64,000 bases of DNA from an uncultured delta proteobacterium (GCA_963733485.1 CAVTDL010000005.1:31733-95732), one strand, 5' to 3'. Shown: positions 1 to 10,827, numbered from the stretch's first letter. Numbers and translations: made by a program. The notes: a model not told the origin generated them from the sequence alone.

Positions 1-27
1 GCGGCCCGCTGCGCCGGAGCGGGCGCC

Positions 28-1227
28 TCAGCCTGCCGCCCGCGCGCGGGCCATTCCCCCGCCCCGCTCGCGGGGCCCGGCCACCCCCTCCGCCGCCGCC
101 AGCGCGCCCCACTCCCCGGCCGCGGGTCGCGCCAGCCCGAGCGCCAGGAAGACCCCCTCGAGGTTGCAGGTGGCCAGCGCGGGGCTGTAGCCGGCCGGGC
201 CGAGCGTGGTGTTCTCCCAGATCATCTTCCGCCGGAGCGCCAGCGGATCTCCCCCGCGCACGTTCTCACGGTCCTCGGTGGTGACCGCGGTCTCGAACCC
301 GCACTCGCCGACCAGCGCCCGCACCGCCGGGGTGTGGTAGCCGTTCGGGTAGGCGAAGTGGCGCGGCGGGCGGCCCAGCCGCTCGGCGATGGCGTCGCGG
401 CAGCCGGCGATCTCGCGCCGGGCGCGGGCCAGCGGCACGTTCGGCAGCACCGCATGGGTCATGGTGTGGCCGCCAATCGAGACGCCCGCGGCGTCGAGCG
501 CGCGGAGCTCGTCCCAGCCCATGAGCCGGGTGCCCTCGGGGAGGTCCGCGTGCGCCATGCCGACGCGCGCGGCCAGCGCGTCGGCCACGGCGAGGAGCTG
601 GCCGTGCGGCAGCGTGACGATGAGCCGGTCCAGCGTGGCGGCCGGCCCCGGCTCCGCGCAGGCGTCGAGCAGCGCCTGGACGGGCCGCTCCAGGCCGGCC
701 GCCTGGGGGTGTATCCCTCGCCGCGCCAGCTCGGCCAGCGCCGCGAAGATCCGGTCGTGCGGCAGCCTTCGCTCGGTCCCCACGTGGCCGGCGACCACGA
801 ACGCGGTGGCGGGGACGCGCAGCCGCGCCAGGATCGGCAGCGCCACCTCGTGCACGTCGGCGTAGCCGTCGTCGAAGGTGACCGCCACCACGTCGCGGCG
901 GCGCGGCGCCGCGCCGGGCGGCTCGGCCAGGAGGCGGCGGGCGTCGGAGAGCGAGACGAGCTCGCGCGTGCGGCAGAGCTGCTCCAGCTGGAGGCGGAGC
1001 GTGGCGGCGGAGACGAGCAGCGAGGCGAGCCCCTCGCGCGCGCCCGCCGCGTAGTCGTCGGTGACCCGGTGATAGGAGATCACCAGCACCCTGGCGCCGC
1101 CGGCCTCCCGTCGCCGGAGCGCGCCGACCAGGCGGTGGACACCGGCGCCCCGCAGCGCGCCCGCCACCGCGACCTTCAGCGCGCGCCGGACCACCCATCG
1201 CGCGCTCCCGTCGGCTCGTTCCGGCAT
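28..1227 (-). CDS. Polysaccharide deacetylase (NodB/CE4 family), ExoL-like
   Basis: C-terminal part of the 28..3666 ORF, from MPERADGS. Motifs ISYHRV, VTFDDGY, GGHTMTH and HFAYPNG. Confidence 0.9.
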   Translation of the reverse strand: MPERADGSARWVVRRALKVAVAGALRGAGVHRLVGALRRREAGGARVLVISYHRVTDDYAAGAREGLASLLVSAATLRLQLEQLCRTRELVSLSDARRLLAEPPGAAPRRRDVVAVTFDDGYADVHEVALPILARLRVPATAFVVAGHVGTERRLPHDRIFAALAELARRGIHPQAAGLERPVQALLDACAEPGPAATLDRLIVTLPHGQLLAVADALAARVGMAHADLPEGTRLMGWDELRALDAAGVSIGGHTMTHAVLPNVPLARARREIAGCRDAIAERLGRPPRHFAYPNGYHTPAVRALVGECGFETAVTTEDRENVRGGDPLALRRKMIWENTTLGPAGYSPALATCNLEGVFLALGLARPAAGEWGALAAAEGVAGPRERGGGMARARAAG

Positions 1228-1229
1228 GG

Positions 1230-2478
1230 TCAGCTCACGGGGGCCGCGCCGCTTCCGCGCCCGGTCACGATCGCTCGCCCGGCGCGGGGTGATCCCCGTC
1301 CACCCCGCGTTCACCTGGCGCGCCCGCCGCGCCCGCCGCAGCGCGTCCCACACCCGCTCCGGCGCCACCGCTCGAGCCACGTCCCGGGCCGCGCGGTAGG
1401 CCCGCTCGGCCGCCGCGGCCGTGCCGGCCCGCAGCGACGGCGCGCGGAGCCGCACGGCGCAGGTCTCGCGGCGGTCCGCCGCCCAGTCGAGCTTGTAGGC
1501 CTCCTCGCCGCGCAGGAAGTCGTAGTCGGAGAGCCCGCGCGCGTAGGCGTCCTCGACGGTGCGGCCGACCAGCACCATCCCGGGGCTGCGGGCGGCCCAG
1601 GCCGGATCGTAGCCGGACTGATAGTAGAAGAAGCGCCGGCCCGCCTCGATCCCGTAGACCGCCGCGATGGCGCTCTCGCCCACGAACAGGCGGTACAGCC
1701 GCAGCCAGCCGCGCGCGGCGAGGAGCGGCGCCACCTCCCGGTGGAAGGCCTCCGGCGCGCCCGGCGGGATGCCGTAGGAGCCCCCCTCGGCCGCCCAGCG
1801 CAGGCGGTGCAGGCGGAGGAAGTCGTCCATGGCGGCGGCGGCCTCCCCGGGCGCGGTGGCCACCTCGACGCGGAACCCCGGCTGGCGCGCCAGCCAGCGG
1901 ACCCGGCGGCCGAACGTCTCGCGCCGGCGGATCCGCCGCAGGTGGGCGTCCCAGCCGCCGCGCACCGCGAACCCCGGGCAGGCGAAGCGGCGCGCCACCG
2001 CCACCCTCACCCCGCGCGCGGCGGCGGCGCGCCGGAGCGCCGCCGCGGTCGGCGAGCCGACGGGGAGGTCCTCGAGGTCGAGCGCGTCCCAGCCGTCCCA
2101 GCCGAGCAGCGCCTCGGCCATGGCGCCACGCACCCGGGCGGCGTCGCGCGGGCGCGCCAGCAGGTCCAGCCCGTCGGCGCCGGTGACCCCGTTCCCGAGG
2201 AGCTGCCAGCGCCGCGCGCCCGCGAGCCCCGGGCGCGCCGAGAGCAGGAGCAGGCCGGCGAGCTCGCCGCCCGCGCCGCGGGCCTCCAGGACCCGGAGGG
2301 CCCGGCGTCGGCGCGAAGTGGCGCCGCCAGGGCCGGAGCCACTCCCAGGAGAGGAACGGCGACGGCACGCCCGCCGCGTCGAGGAGCGCGCGACCACTCC
2401 GCCCGCAGCGTCGTCGAGCCGGCCCGGCGCCTCCGAGATCCGGAGCGTGAGGCCGTCCCCTGCCGCCGGCGCGCTCAC
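1230..2478 (-). CDS. GNAT family N-acetyltransferase (CelD/BcsL-like), ExoI-like; frameshifted, 3' end approximate
   Basis: PSPFLSWEWL..W in one frame; FYYQSGYDP..SPGMVL and YDFLRGEEAYKLDWA in another. GTG at 2478 overlaps the upstream stop. Confidence 0.8.
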
Positions 2479-3666
2479 TCCAGGACCTCCCGCACGCAGC
2501 GGGCCACGTAGGCCATGTCCTCCGGCTGCAGGTCCTGGTGCACGGGCAGCTCGAGCACGCGCCGCCGCAGCGCCGCCACCTCGGGGAACTCCTCGGGCGC
2601 GCAGAGCGGGTGGCCGGTGCGCCAGAAGTCCACCGCCTCGATCCCGCGCGCGGCGAGCCGGGCCTTCACGGCGGCCTTGTCCTCGCACACGAGCGGGTAG
2701 AAGAGCGGGCGAGACGCCGGCGGGCAGCTCCGCGAGGAGCGGCGGGACCCGCTCGCGCAGGCGCCCGAGCAGCAGGAAGTAGTTGCGCCGGCGCGCGGCC
2801 ACGATCGCGCCGGCGTCGAGGCGCCGGACGATGGCCTGCGACAGGGTGCTCATCCCGAGCCCGACCACGCCCGGGTCGAAGGTGCTGGTGCCGGTCGACA
2901 CCGGGTGGAGGCCGGAGGACCCGCGCAGCGCACGCACGGCGCCGCGCACCCCGGCCCGGAGCGCCTCGCCGGCCTCGCCCAGCCTGAAGGCCGCGTTGGA
3001 GAGGAGCGAGCCGGCCGCGTGCGAGAGCGTCGAGGCGATGGGCGGGGCCTCCGGGGTGGGCGCGGCGCGGTCCAGGCCGGGGTCGTTCACCACCAGCGCG
3101 CCGCCGTTCGGCACCGGCAGCGTCTTGTAGAAGCAGAAGATGCCGACCGCGCCGGTGGAGCCGAGCGGCCGCGTGCCGTCGGCGGAGAGGAGCGAGAGCG
3201 CGCAGTCCTCGATCACCGGCACGCCGGCCCGGCGCGCCACCGCGGCCACCTCGTCCGTGGCCTGCGGAAAGCCCGCGTAGTGGATGACGTAGATGGCCCC
3301 CGTGCGCGCGCTCAGCTTCGCCTCGAGGTCCTCGAGGTCGAGGCGCATGCGGGCGTCCACCCGGACGAAGCGCGGGACGGCGCCGGCGGCGGAGAGCGCC
3401 GAGATCTCGACGCCGTGGTGGTAGGCGGGGACCAGCACCTCGCGCCCCTCCAGCCCGAGCAGCCCCACCGCGTGGAACACGGCGTTGCGCGCGAGGTAGA
3501 AGCGCGTGACCCGCGGGGCGGCGAGCGGGAAGGCCGGCGGTCGGTCGGCCGCCAGCGGCGAGAGCATGCCCGGCCAGAGCGTGGGGAGCGCCGGGATGAA
3601 GCGGCGTCGCACCCCGCGGGCGGCCGCGGGGCGCTGCAGCACGAGCGCGTGGGTCATCGCCACCAT
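2475..3666 (-). CDS. DegT/DnrJ/EryC1/StrS PLP-dependent sugar aminotransferase, ExoH-like; frameshift near 2710
   Basis: VLVPAYH, VIHYAGF, VIEDCA, FCFYKTLPVPNGG. The C-terminus VLELPVHQDL is in ORF 2475..2690. Confidence 0.88.
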
Positions 3667-4793
3667 CGAGAGGGCCCTCCTTCACGGTCGGTCGAACCCG
3701 GTGCTTCAAGGTGTGCATGGCGCGGCCCGCCAGCGACGGGCGGTAGACGTAGAGCCAGTCGTGGGGCCGGTGGCGCGGGGCCCAGTCCCGCTTCCACGCC
3801 ATGTCCGGCCCGAGGAAGTCGAGCTCCGCGAGGCCGCGGGCCTCGCACTCGGCCACCACCTCGGCGTGCAGGAGCTGGCCCGGCGACATGGCCCCGAGCG
3901 CCTCGAGGTAGGCCGTCTTGGGCAAGGAGTAGACGCCGCGGTGGACGAGGCCGAGGTGCGATCGCCACCGGGCGGCCGTCGAGCGTCAGCGCGCGCAGGG
4001 CCAGCGCGCCCCGGGCGGCCGCCTCTCGCGCCACGCCGGGTGTAGAAGCGGGCCCGGGCGGGCTCCGCGGCGATGGCGGTGCCGCGGGCCCCCTTCCAGC
4101 CCGCGGCCTCCAGCGTCGAGGAACGCGGCGAGCGCGCCGTCCAGATCGCCTCGCCCGTCCTCGCGCTGGACCGCGACGGCCCCCAGCCCGGCCAGCCGGC
4201 GCGACCGGCGGCGGAGGTTCGCGCGGAACTTGGCGGAGGTGCGGGCCTCCACCGGCCCGTCCGCCGAGCGGCAGGTACGGGCGTGCGGAGCGACTCCCAG
4301 CGGCCGGTGAGGTGGCCGTCGGCCCGCGCGAGCGGCTCGAGGAGCGTGGAGGTGGGACCGTCACGCGGGAGGTCGCGCAGCAGCAGCACGTCCCAGCGCA
4401 GGCGGTCGCGCAGGTGGGCCCAGAGCGCCGCCACCGCGCCGGCCGCGTCCGGGCCGAGCGCCCACTCCACGCGGCAGGAGTGATCGTTGGCCGGGCGCGA
4501 CGAGCCGGATCAGCGCCGCGGTCGCGCACCTCGAGGAGCGGCGCGAAGCCCGCGGCCGCGCCGCCGGGGTCGCGCGCCGCCAGGACCCGCAGGCGCGCCC
4601 GGCCGGCGCGAACGCGTCGAGCCAGGCGGCGATCCACTCGTGGCGGACGAAGGGCAGGTCCACCGGGCCGCGGGCGAGCAGCGCGTTCCACTCGTGGTGG
4701 AGGGCGTCGAAGGCGGCCCGTCCCTCCAGCGCCTCGACGCGGTACGCGAGCCGGGCCCGGGGCGGCGGCGTGGAGGGCGGTCTGGGAGAGCAC
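3654..4793 (-). CDS. GNAT family N-acetyltransferase (CelD/BcsL-like), ExoG-like; several frameshifts
   Basis: Fragments LPFVRHEWIAAW, RWDVLLLRDLP, KFRANLRRR, LEAAGWKG and PKTAY..SPGQLL..LDFLGPDMAWKRDW across overlapping ORFs. Confidence 0.8.
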   Translation of the reverse strand: MLSQTALHAAAPGPARVPRRGAGGTGRLRRPPPRVERAARPRPGGPALRPPRVDRRLARRVRAGRARLRVLAARDPGGAAAGFAPLLEVRDRGADPARRARPTITPAAWSGRSARTRPARWRRSGPTCATACAGTCCCCATSRVTVPPPRSSSRSRGPTATSPAAGSRSARPYLPLGGRAGGGPHLRQVPREPPPPVAPAGRAGGRRGPARGRARRSGRRARRVPRRWRPRAGRGPAAPPSPRSPPGPASTPGVAREAAARGALALRALTLDGRPVAIAPRPRPPRRLLLAQDGLPRGARGHVAGPAPARRGGGRVRGPRPRGARLPRAGHGVEAGLGPAPPAPRLALRLPPVAGGPRHAHLEAPGSTDREGGPSRWWR

Positions 4794-4804
4794 GCGGGTC
4801 TGCC

Positions 4805-5824
4805 TCAGCGAAGGCTCGCGATGCCGAGCAGCGCGCCGGCGAGCTTGCGGGGGTCGTGCCGTCCGGAGTCGTCGGCGGCGAGCAGGTCCGACAGCACCAC
4901 CGCGGGGCCGAGCGCCTCCACCGCCTCGCGGGCGACCGCGACCGGGCGGGCGCCGCGCGCGGCGAAGGCGTCGACGAGGCGCGGCGGCAGCGGGCCGCGG
5001 TGCGCGAGCGCCACGTCCACCACGTCGCCCAGCTGGCGCTGCACCGCGCGGACGTGATCGGCGGCGTCGAGGCCGTCGGTCTCGCCGGGCTCGGAGAACA
5101 GGTTCACGCAGAGCACGCGGGTGGCGGCGGTGTCGCGGAGCGCCTCGGCGAGCCCGCCGCCGAGCACGCTCGCGAGCACGCTCGAGTAGAGGCTCCCCGG
5201 CCCGAGCACCACCAGGTCCGCCTCCAGGACCGCCGCGATCGCCTCGGGGGGCGCGTTCGCCGGGCGGCGAGAGGCGCAGCGCGGCGACCCGCCCGCGCGC
5301 CGCGGCGATGGCGCTCTCGCCCCGCACCTGCCGGCCGTCCTCGAGCTCCGCCACCAGCTCCGCCGGCCCCTCCACGGACGGGCACCACCCGGCCGCGGGC
5401 GCCGAGCAGCCCCGCCGCCGCCTCGACCGCCGGGCCGAAATCGCCGAGCCGCTGCGCGAGCGCGGTCAGGAGGACGTTGCCGACCGTATGACCGGCCAGC
5501 CCGCCCTCCCCCTCGAAGCGGTGCTGGAAGAGCGTCGGCCAGGGTGCTGTCCGCCCGCCGGCGAGCGCCACCAGGCACCGCCGGACGTCGCCCGGGGCCG
5601 GCACGCCGTAGCGGCGGCGCAGCTCGCCCGAGCTGCCCCCGTCGTCCGCGGTGGTGACGAGCGCGGTGACCTCGAGCGCGCGGCCGCTCCGCGGATCGAC
5701 GGCAGCCGGCCAGCCCGGCCAGCACGCGCGGCAGCCCGGTGCCGCCGCCGGCCGCCACCACCCGGCGAGAGCGCGCGCGCGGCTCCGGCGCGAGCTGCGA
5801 CACCACCTCCTCGAGCCGCCTCAC
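4805..5824 (-). CDS. yvcK: YvcK/CofD family gluconeogenesis factor (UDP-GlcNAc binding), ExoF-like; frameshifted
   Basis: VVAAGGGTGL, PGDVRRCLVALA, GHTVGNVLL, ADLVVLGPGSLYSS, RHDPRKLA. Confidence 0.88.
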   Translation of the reverse strand: MRRLEEVVSQLAPEPRARSRRVVAAGGGTGLPRVLAGLAGCRRSAERPRARGHRARHHRGRRGQLGRAAPPLRRAGPGRRPAVPGGARRRADSTLADALPAPLRGGGRAGRSYGRQRPPDRARAAARRFRPGGRGGGGAARRPRPGGARPWRGRRSWWRSSRTAGRCGARAPSPRRAGGSPRCASRRPANAPPEAIAAVLEADLVVLGPGSLYSSVLASVLGGGLAEALRDTAATRVLCVNLFSEPGETDGLDAADHVRAVQRQLGDVVDVALAHRGPLPPRLVDAFAARGARPVAVAREAVEALGPAVVLSDLLAADDSGRHDPRKLAGALLGIASLR

Positions 5825-7212
5825 CGCGCCCCCCGTCCCAGCAGCACCACCTTGGCGGTGGCGAGCAGGCAGACCAGGTCGAGGAAGAGCGACGTGTTCT
5901 TGATGTAGTAGAGGTCGTACTCGAGCTTCTTCGCCTGCTCCTCCATGGTGGAGCCGTAGCCGTAGCGGAGCTGGGCCCAGCCGGTGATGCCGGGCTTCAC
6001 CAGCTCGCGGAGCGCGAAGAGCGGCCAGCGCGCCTTGAGCTCTGAGAGGAACACCTCGCGCTCGGGCCGCGGGCCCACCAGGCTCATCTGGCCGCGCAGG
6101 ACGTTCCAGAGCTGGGGCAGCTCGTCGAGCCGCGCCCGCCGCAGGAACCGCCCCACCGGCAGGACCCGCGGGTCGGCGTCGGTCGCCCAGGTGGCCCCCA
6201 GCCGCTCGGCGTCGCGGCGCATGGTGCGGAACTTCCAGATGCGGTACGGCCGGCCGCCGCGCCCGGTCCGCTCCTGCGAGTACAGCACCGGCCGCCCGTC
6301 GGAGACCCAGATGGCGAGCGCGACCAGCGCCATCACCGGCGCGACCAGCGCGAGGAGCGTCAGCGAGGCCGCCAGGTCGAGCGTGCGCTTGGCGGCGCGG
6401 GTCCAGGGGGAGACCCGGAAGCCCTCGTCGAAGATGAGCGCGCTCGGCCGCACCAGCGCGAGCGGGATGCGCTGCAGGGTGGCCTCGGCGAAGCCCACGT
6501 CGTCCACCACGCGGCGGCCGCGGGTGCGCAGCGCGAGGAGCGCGTCGACCGGCAGCCCCTCGCGCCGGTCCTCCATGGCGACCACGATCACCTGCGCGCG
6601 GACGCGGCGCGCCACCGCCCGCACCTCGCCCGGGAGCAGCTGGTCCGGCGGCACGACCGACGGGGCGCGGCTGCCCTCGGGGACGCTGAAGCCGACCACC
6701 TCCCACAGGCCGTCGGCCTCGCGCTCCACCGCGCGCGCGAGATCGCGGGCGCGCGTGCCCGCCCCGAGGAAGAGGACGCGGGTGGGCGCGCCCACCAGCG
6801 CCGGCATGAGCACGCGGGCGGTGATGACGCCGAAGGCGCCGCCGGCGGCCGCGAGCACGAGCGAGCGGTGCAGCATCCAGCCCGGCAGCACCAGATGCAG
6901 CAGGACGTCGGCCAGCGCGAGCGCGATGGTGGCGACGCCGAGAGCCCGCAGCAGGCGCCGGCCGTCGGCGCGGTCGCGCACGGCCGCGTGCAGGTCGTAG
7001 AGGTCGCCGAGGTAGAGCGCGCCCGCGAAGAAGAGCGAGGCGAGCCCCGCGCGGAGCACCGCGGGGGTGACCGGCGCGGCCGCGCCGGCCGCCTGCGCCG
7101 CCACCGGGCCGAGCGAGGCGCCGGCGAGGAGCGCCACGACGAGCACCAGCTCCTCGGCGAGGAAGAAGACCGCCTTGCGCGGCGAGAACCAGTGATTGAA
7201 TACCCGGACCAA
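5821..7212 (-). CDS. Polyprenyl-phosphate hexose-1-phosphate transferase (WbaP/WcaJ-type priming glycosyltransferase), ExoE-like
   Basis: N-terminal TM helices plus AKRTLDL, IWKFRTM, LDELPQLWNVLRGQMSLVGPRPER, KPGITGWAQ and YDLYYIKN. Confidence 0.95.
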   Translation of the reverse strand: MVRVFNHWFSPRKAVFFLAEELVLVVALLAGASLGPVAAQAAGAAAPVTPAVLRAGLASLFFAGALYLGDLYDLHAAVRDRADGRRLLRALGVATIALALADVLLHLVLPGWMLHRSLVLAAAGGAFGVITARVLMPALVGAPTRVLFLGAGTRARDLARAVEREADGLWEVVGFSVPEGSRAPSVVPPDQLLPGEVRAVARRVRAQVIVVAMEDRREGLPVDALLALRTRGRRVVDDVGFAEATLQRIPLALVRPSALIFDEGFRVSPWTRAAKRTLDLAASLTLLALVAPVMALVALAIWVSDGRPVLYSQERTGRGGRPYRIWKFRTMRRDAERLGATWATDADPRVLPVGRFLRRARLDELPQLWNVLRGQMSLVGPRPEREVFLSELKARWPLFALRELVKPGITGWAQLRYGYGSTMEEQAKKLEYDLYYIKNTSLFLDLVCLLATAKVVLLGRGAR

Positions 7213-7215
7213 TCT

Positions 7216-7372
7216 CGTGACCTCGGGGGCTGCGCCCCCGCCCCGTCGGCGAAGCCCGCCGGGGCCCCACCCCTGCTGCGCGGGGCCCGTGACCTCGCGC
7301 GCCCGCCTTCGCGGGCTCGCGCGAGGTCCCCGCGGTGAGGGGCTTCGCCCCTCCCCCGCTGCGCGGGGCCCG
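7216..7372. repeat. Intergenic cluster of hairpins and short direct repeats (REP/BIME-like)
   Basis: Exact 15-mer gctgcgcggggcccg at 7275-7289 and 7358-7372; cgtgacctcg at 7216 and 7288; hairpins at 7291-7328 and 7337-7353. Confidence 0.6.
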
Positions 7373-7515
7373 CCTCCCGTTCGCTGGCGCTCTCCGTGCG
7401 TCGTTCGCGCTCTTCAGCCTCCCTCGCGCATTCACGACGCCGGCTCGATCTCCCGTTCCGCCGAGCGAGCTCGTCGGGGCCACCCGCCCTGCGCGGTCGC
7501 TCCCCGTTCGCCCGT

Positions 7516-8254
7516 TCAAGCCGGCTCCGCCCGGCGACCGGGAGCGGACGGCGGGGCGGCGGGGTCTCCGTAGAGCCAGCGGCCGTGCGCCACGCCCGTC
7601 GCGTCCACGCCGTTCAGCACGACGCCGGCGCAGCGCTCCCCGAGCGCCTCCACCGCGAGCCGCACCACCTCGCGCGGCGTCGCGCCGGCGCGCACCACCA
7701 GCAGCGCCGCGTCGGCGGCCGAGGCCACGCGATCGCCGTCGGCCAGGGCCAGCGCGGGCGGCGCGTCGAGCACCACCAGCTCGTAGGCCGCGCGGAGCTG
7801 CTCCATCAGCGCCGGGGCGCGCGGGCTCTGCAGCACCGCCGCCGGATCGCGCGGCCGGCCGGCGCAGAGCACCGACAGCGATGCCCACCCGCACCACCGC
7901 CTGCCCGAGCTCCGCGGTGCCGTCGAGCACCTCGGCGAGCCCGGCGCGCGGCGCGAGCCCGAGCAGCCCGGCGATGGACGGTCGGCGCAGGTCGGCCTCC
8001 ACCAGCACCACCGGCCGGCCCTCCTGCGCGGCGGTCAGCGCCAGGTTGGCCGCGGTGGTGGTGCGCCCCTCGCCGCGCCCGGCCGAGGTGATCGCCACCA
8101 CGCGCATGGGCCGGCGCGCCGCGAGGCGGAGCAGCCGCTGGTACAGCACCCGGTACTGCTCCGCCGCCGGGCTGTCCGGGGCCGCGAGCGCCACCAGCCG
8201 GCTCTCGGGAGCGAGCGTGGGGAAGGTGGCCTTGATCGTCTCCGCTGGGATCAT
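7516..8254 (-). CDS. CpsD/CapB family BY-kinase, ExoD-like; frameshift near 7880
   Basis: AAEQYRVL, ITSAGRGEGRTTTAANLA, VEADLRRP, LVVLDAPP, GVVLN. Confidence 0.9.
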
Positions 8255-8268
8255 GTCGTCGTCCTCCT

Positions 8269-9642
8269 TCAGGAAGCCTGCGTCCGCCGGGGCCCGATCC
8301 GCGGGATGGCCGCCAGCACCGGGACCCCGAGCCTCGACGCGTCCTCCGGCCCGCGCATCGAGCCGTCCATCCACTCCGCCACGCCCGCCCCGGCCAGCCC
8401 CGCCACCAGCGCCGCCAGCGCCGCCAGCCACACCAGCCGCGGCCGATCGGGGGCCGAGGGGCGGGTCGGCGCCACCGCCGGCTCGATCACCCGGAACAGC
8501 CCCTGCCCGTCGGCCGCCAGGAGCTGCTCGGCGGCGGCGGCGTCGGCGCGGCGCGAGACGGTGGTCACGTACTTCGCGCGGAGCACCTCGTAGTCACGCG
8601 AGCGGGCGGCCAGCTCCTGGCCCCAGCGCGGCGCCGCCTCGACGCGTCCCTGGAACGAGGTCAGCTCGGCCTGGAGCGCGCGGAGCCCGGACTCGTGCTC
8701 GCGGATCTCCTCGTCGATCCGCCCGAGCTGATCTCCCAGGCGTTCCTTGCGGTAGCGCGCCAGCTCCTGATCCCGGCGGGCCTGGGCCTCCTTCACCTCG
8801 CGGCGCGCCCGCTTCACGTCCGGGTGCTCCGGGCCGTAGGCCGCCTCTGCCGCCTGGGCGCGGCGCGTGGCCGCGTCGAGCCCCGCCTCGCTCATGCCCG
8901 GCGCGCTGGGGGCCTCCGGGATGGTCCCGAGCAGGGCGATGCGCCGCCGGCGCGCGTCGGTGATGGCGCCCATGCGCATCTCCACCAGCGCCTGGGCCCG
9001 GGCCGCGGCGCGGGCGTTGGTGTCCACCATCTCGGGCAGCTCGGCGGCGTGCTGGAGCTTGAACTTCAGGATCTGCTGCTCGCCGGCGGCGAGCACCTTC
9101 GACATCTCGGCCGTCTGCGCGTCGAGCGTCTCGCGCAGCGCCCGGGCCTGCGCCGTCATCACGGCGCGGGTCATCTCCTCGTAGTAGCGGGGGAGGAGCT
9201 CGGCCACCTTGCGCACCTTCTCCGGATCCCGCCCGCGCACCTCCACCACGAAGAGGAGCGCCGGCGGTCCGCCCACCACCTCGCCCTCCAGCCGCACCTC
9301 GATCTGCCGGCGCAGCCGCTCCACCGCCTGGCCCGGATCGTCCGCCAGGTCGGGGAAGAAGTCGGTCTCCTTCACGACGCGCTCGAGCAGCGGCCGGGCC
9401 AGCACGCCGTGCTTGATGGTCCGCATCCGCTCCTCGAACGGCGCGACGCCCTGGGCCGGGAAGAAGTCCACCGGCAGCCGCCGCGGCTCGACCTGCACCG
9501 TCGAGGTCGCCGTGTACTCGGCGGGGACGAGCAGCGCCACCGCGACGCCCGTCACCAGCACCGCCGCCCCGACCAGGAGCGCGACGGCCTTCCGCCGCCG
9601 GAGGGCAGCCAGCATGTCCTGCACCGTGTAGGTCCGCTCCAT
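8269..9642 (-). CDS. Polysaccharide co-polymerase (Wzz/Wzc/GumC family), ExoC-like
   Basis: Two TM helices flanking a coiled coil; YGPEHPDV, FRVIEPAVAPTRPSAP, LGVPVLAAIP. Confidence 0.92.
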   Translation of the reverse strand: MERTYTVQDMLAALRRRKAVALLVGAAVLVTGVAVALLVPAEYTATSTVQVEPRRLPVDFFPAQGVAPFEERMRTIKHGVLARPLLERVVKETDFFPDLADDPGQAVERLRRQIEVRLEGEVVGGPPALLFVVEVRGRDPEKVRKVAELLPRYYEEMTRAVMTAQARALRETLDAQTAEMSKVLAAGEQQILKFKLQHAAELPEMVDTNARAAARAQALVEMRMGAITDARRRRIALLGTIPEAPSAPGMSEAGLDAATRRAQAAEAAYGPEHPDVKRARREVKEAQARRDQELARYRKERLGDQLGRIDEEIREHESGLRALQAELTSFQGRVEAAPRWGQELAARSRDYEVLRAKYVTTVSRRADAAAAEQLLAADGQGLFRVIEPAVAPTRPSAPDRPRLVWLAALAALVAGLAGAGVAEWMDGSMRGPEDASRLGVPVLAAIPRIGPRRTQAS

Positions 9643-9654
9643 GTCGTCGCTCCC

Positions 9655-10784
9655 TCACCGCTCCGGCAGGGCCCACCCGAGCCGGATGCCAACCGTGGTT
9701 CGCCTGAGCGCGGCCGACGGGTCGTCGATCCGCGCGAAGTGCGTCAGCGCCAGCGCGAGCCTCACGCCGCCGCCGACCTGCATCCCCGCCTCGCCCGAGG
9801 CGGCGTAGCCGAGCGTGGAGAGCCCCCCGTCCGGCGCCAGGCCGGAGTGCCAGAGGCCGCCGTCGACGCGCACGTCGTAGCGCAGCCCGAACCTGCGCAC
9901 CGCGCCGAGCTCCGCGGAGTCCACCAGCCCGGGTCGGGCGGTCGAGCCGATCCCGAGCCCGTGCGAGGCGGCCACGCGCAGGGCCGTCCAGCGCCCCTCG
10001 AGGCGCAGCTCGGCGCCCGCCTCGGGCACCACTGCCGTGCCCTCCGGGCCGCGCCACACGGCGGGCCCCGCGTAGCCGTCCACCTCCAGCTGGCGGGTGA
10101 ACCGGTAGCGCGCCCGCCCGCGCGCGCCGTGCGCGAACGCCACCGTGTCGCCGCGCGCGGGGCGGAAGCTCCTGGAACACGCCGCCCGCATAGGCGACGC
10201 CGAAGGCGAGCCGCTCGCTCGCGAGCCAGAGCGCCTCCACGCCCGGCGAGTGCATGGCGCCGCCGGACCGGTCCGAGAACACCACCGTGCGATCGGCGTA
10301 GGTGGCCGCGAGCTCGATCCTGTGCGCCGCCTGCCAGGCGATCCGCCCGCGCCCCGGCGGCCGTCCAGGCCGAGTCCTGGCCGGTGCGGAAGATGCCCAT
10401 CTGCGCGAGGCCGACCGGGTCGAAGGCGTAGCCGCCGCGCGCCGTCAGGTCGATCTGCAGGCGGTGCGTGGGCGTCGCCTCGAGCCGGAGCACGCCGCGG
10501 TGGTTCCAGATGCCGTCGGGGGCGAGGCGCTCGTACACGATGTAGTCGCCGCCGTACGCCGCCCGGAGGTCGAAGAGGTGGTCGCGGAGCCGGAGCCCCA
10601 CCTCCGGCGAGATGCGGCCGGTCCGGTCGCTCCCCTCGCCGTGGTAGAGGGCGTTCGAGTCGTAGCCGCCCTCGAGGGAGAGGCGGGCGATGGGCTCCAC
10701 CACGGTCACCGCCGCCGCCCGCGCGCCCGGGAAGAGGAGCGCGACCCACAGCCCCGCGCACCAGATCCTTGTCCGCGCGCCCAT
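9655..10784 (-). CDS. Outer-membrane beta-barrel partner of the polysaccharide export protein, ExoB-like; frameshift near 10340
   Basis: Signal peptide MGARTRIWCAGLWVALL, LEGGYDSN motif, alternating beta-strand pattern, C-terminal GIRLGW. Lies between the Wza and Wzc homologues. Confidence 0.75.
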
Positions 10785-10827
10785 CGCTCGCCCTCGCCCC
10801 TGCGCCCCGTGGAGCTGCCCCGTCCGC

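Noticed and set aside
28-3666. Apparent 1212-aa aminotransferase-GNAT-deacetylase fusion (likewise the 4805..8431, 23821..27951 and 46358..49633 ORFs)
   Set aside because: The domains are joined by out-of-frame Arg/Gly/Ala-rich stretches, the true aminotransferase C-terminus is in another frame, and internal starts exist. These are artefacts of stop-poor GC-rich DNA and indels.
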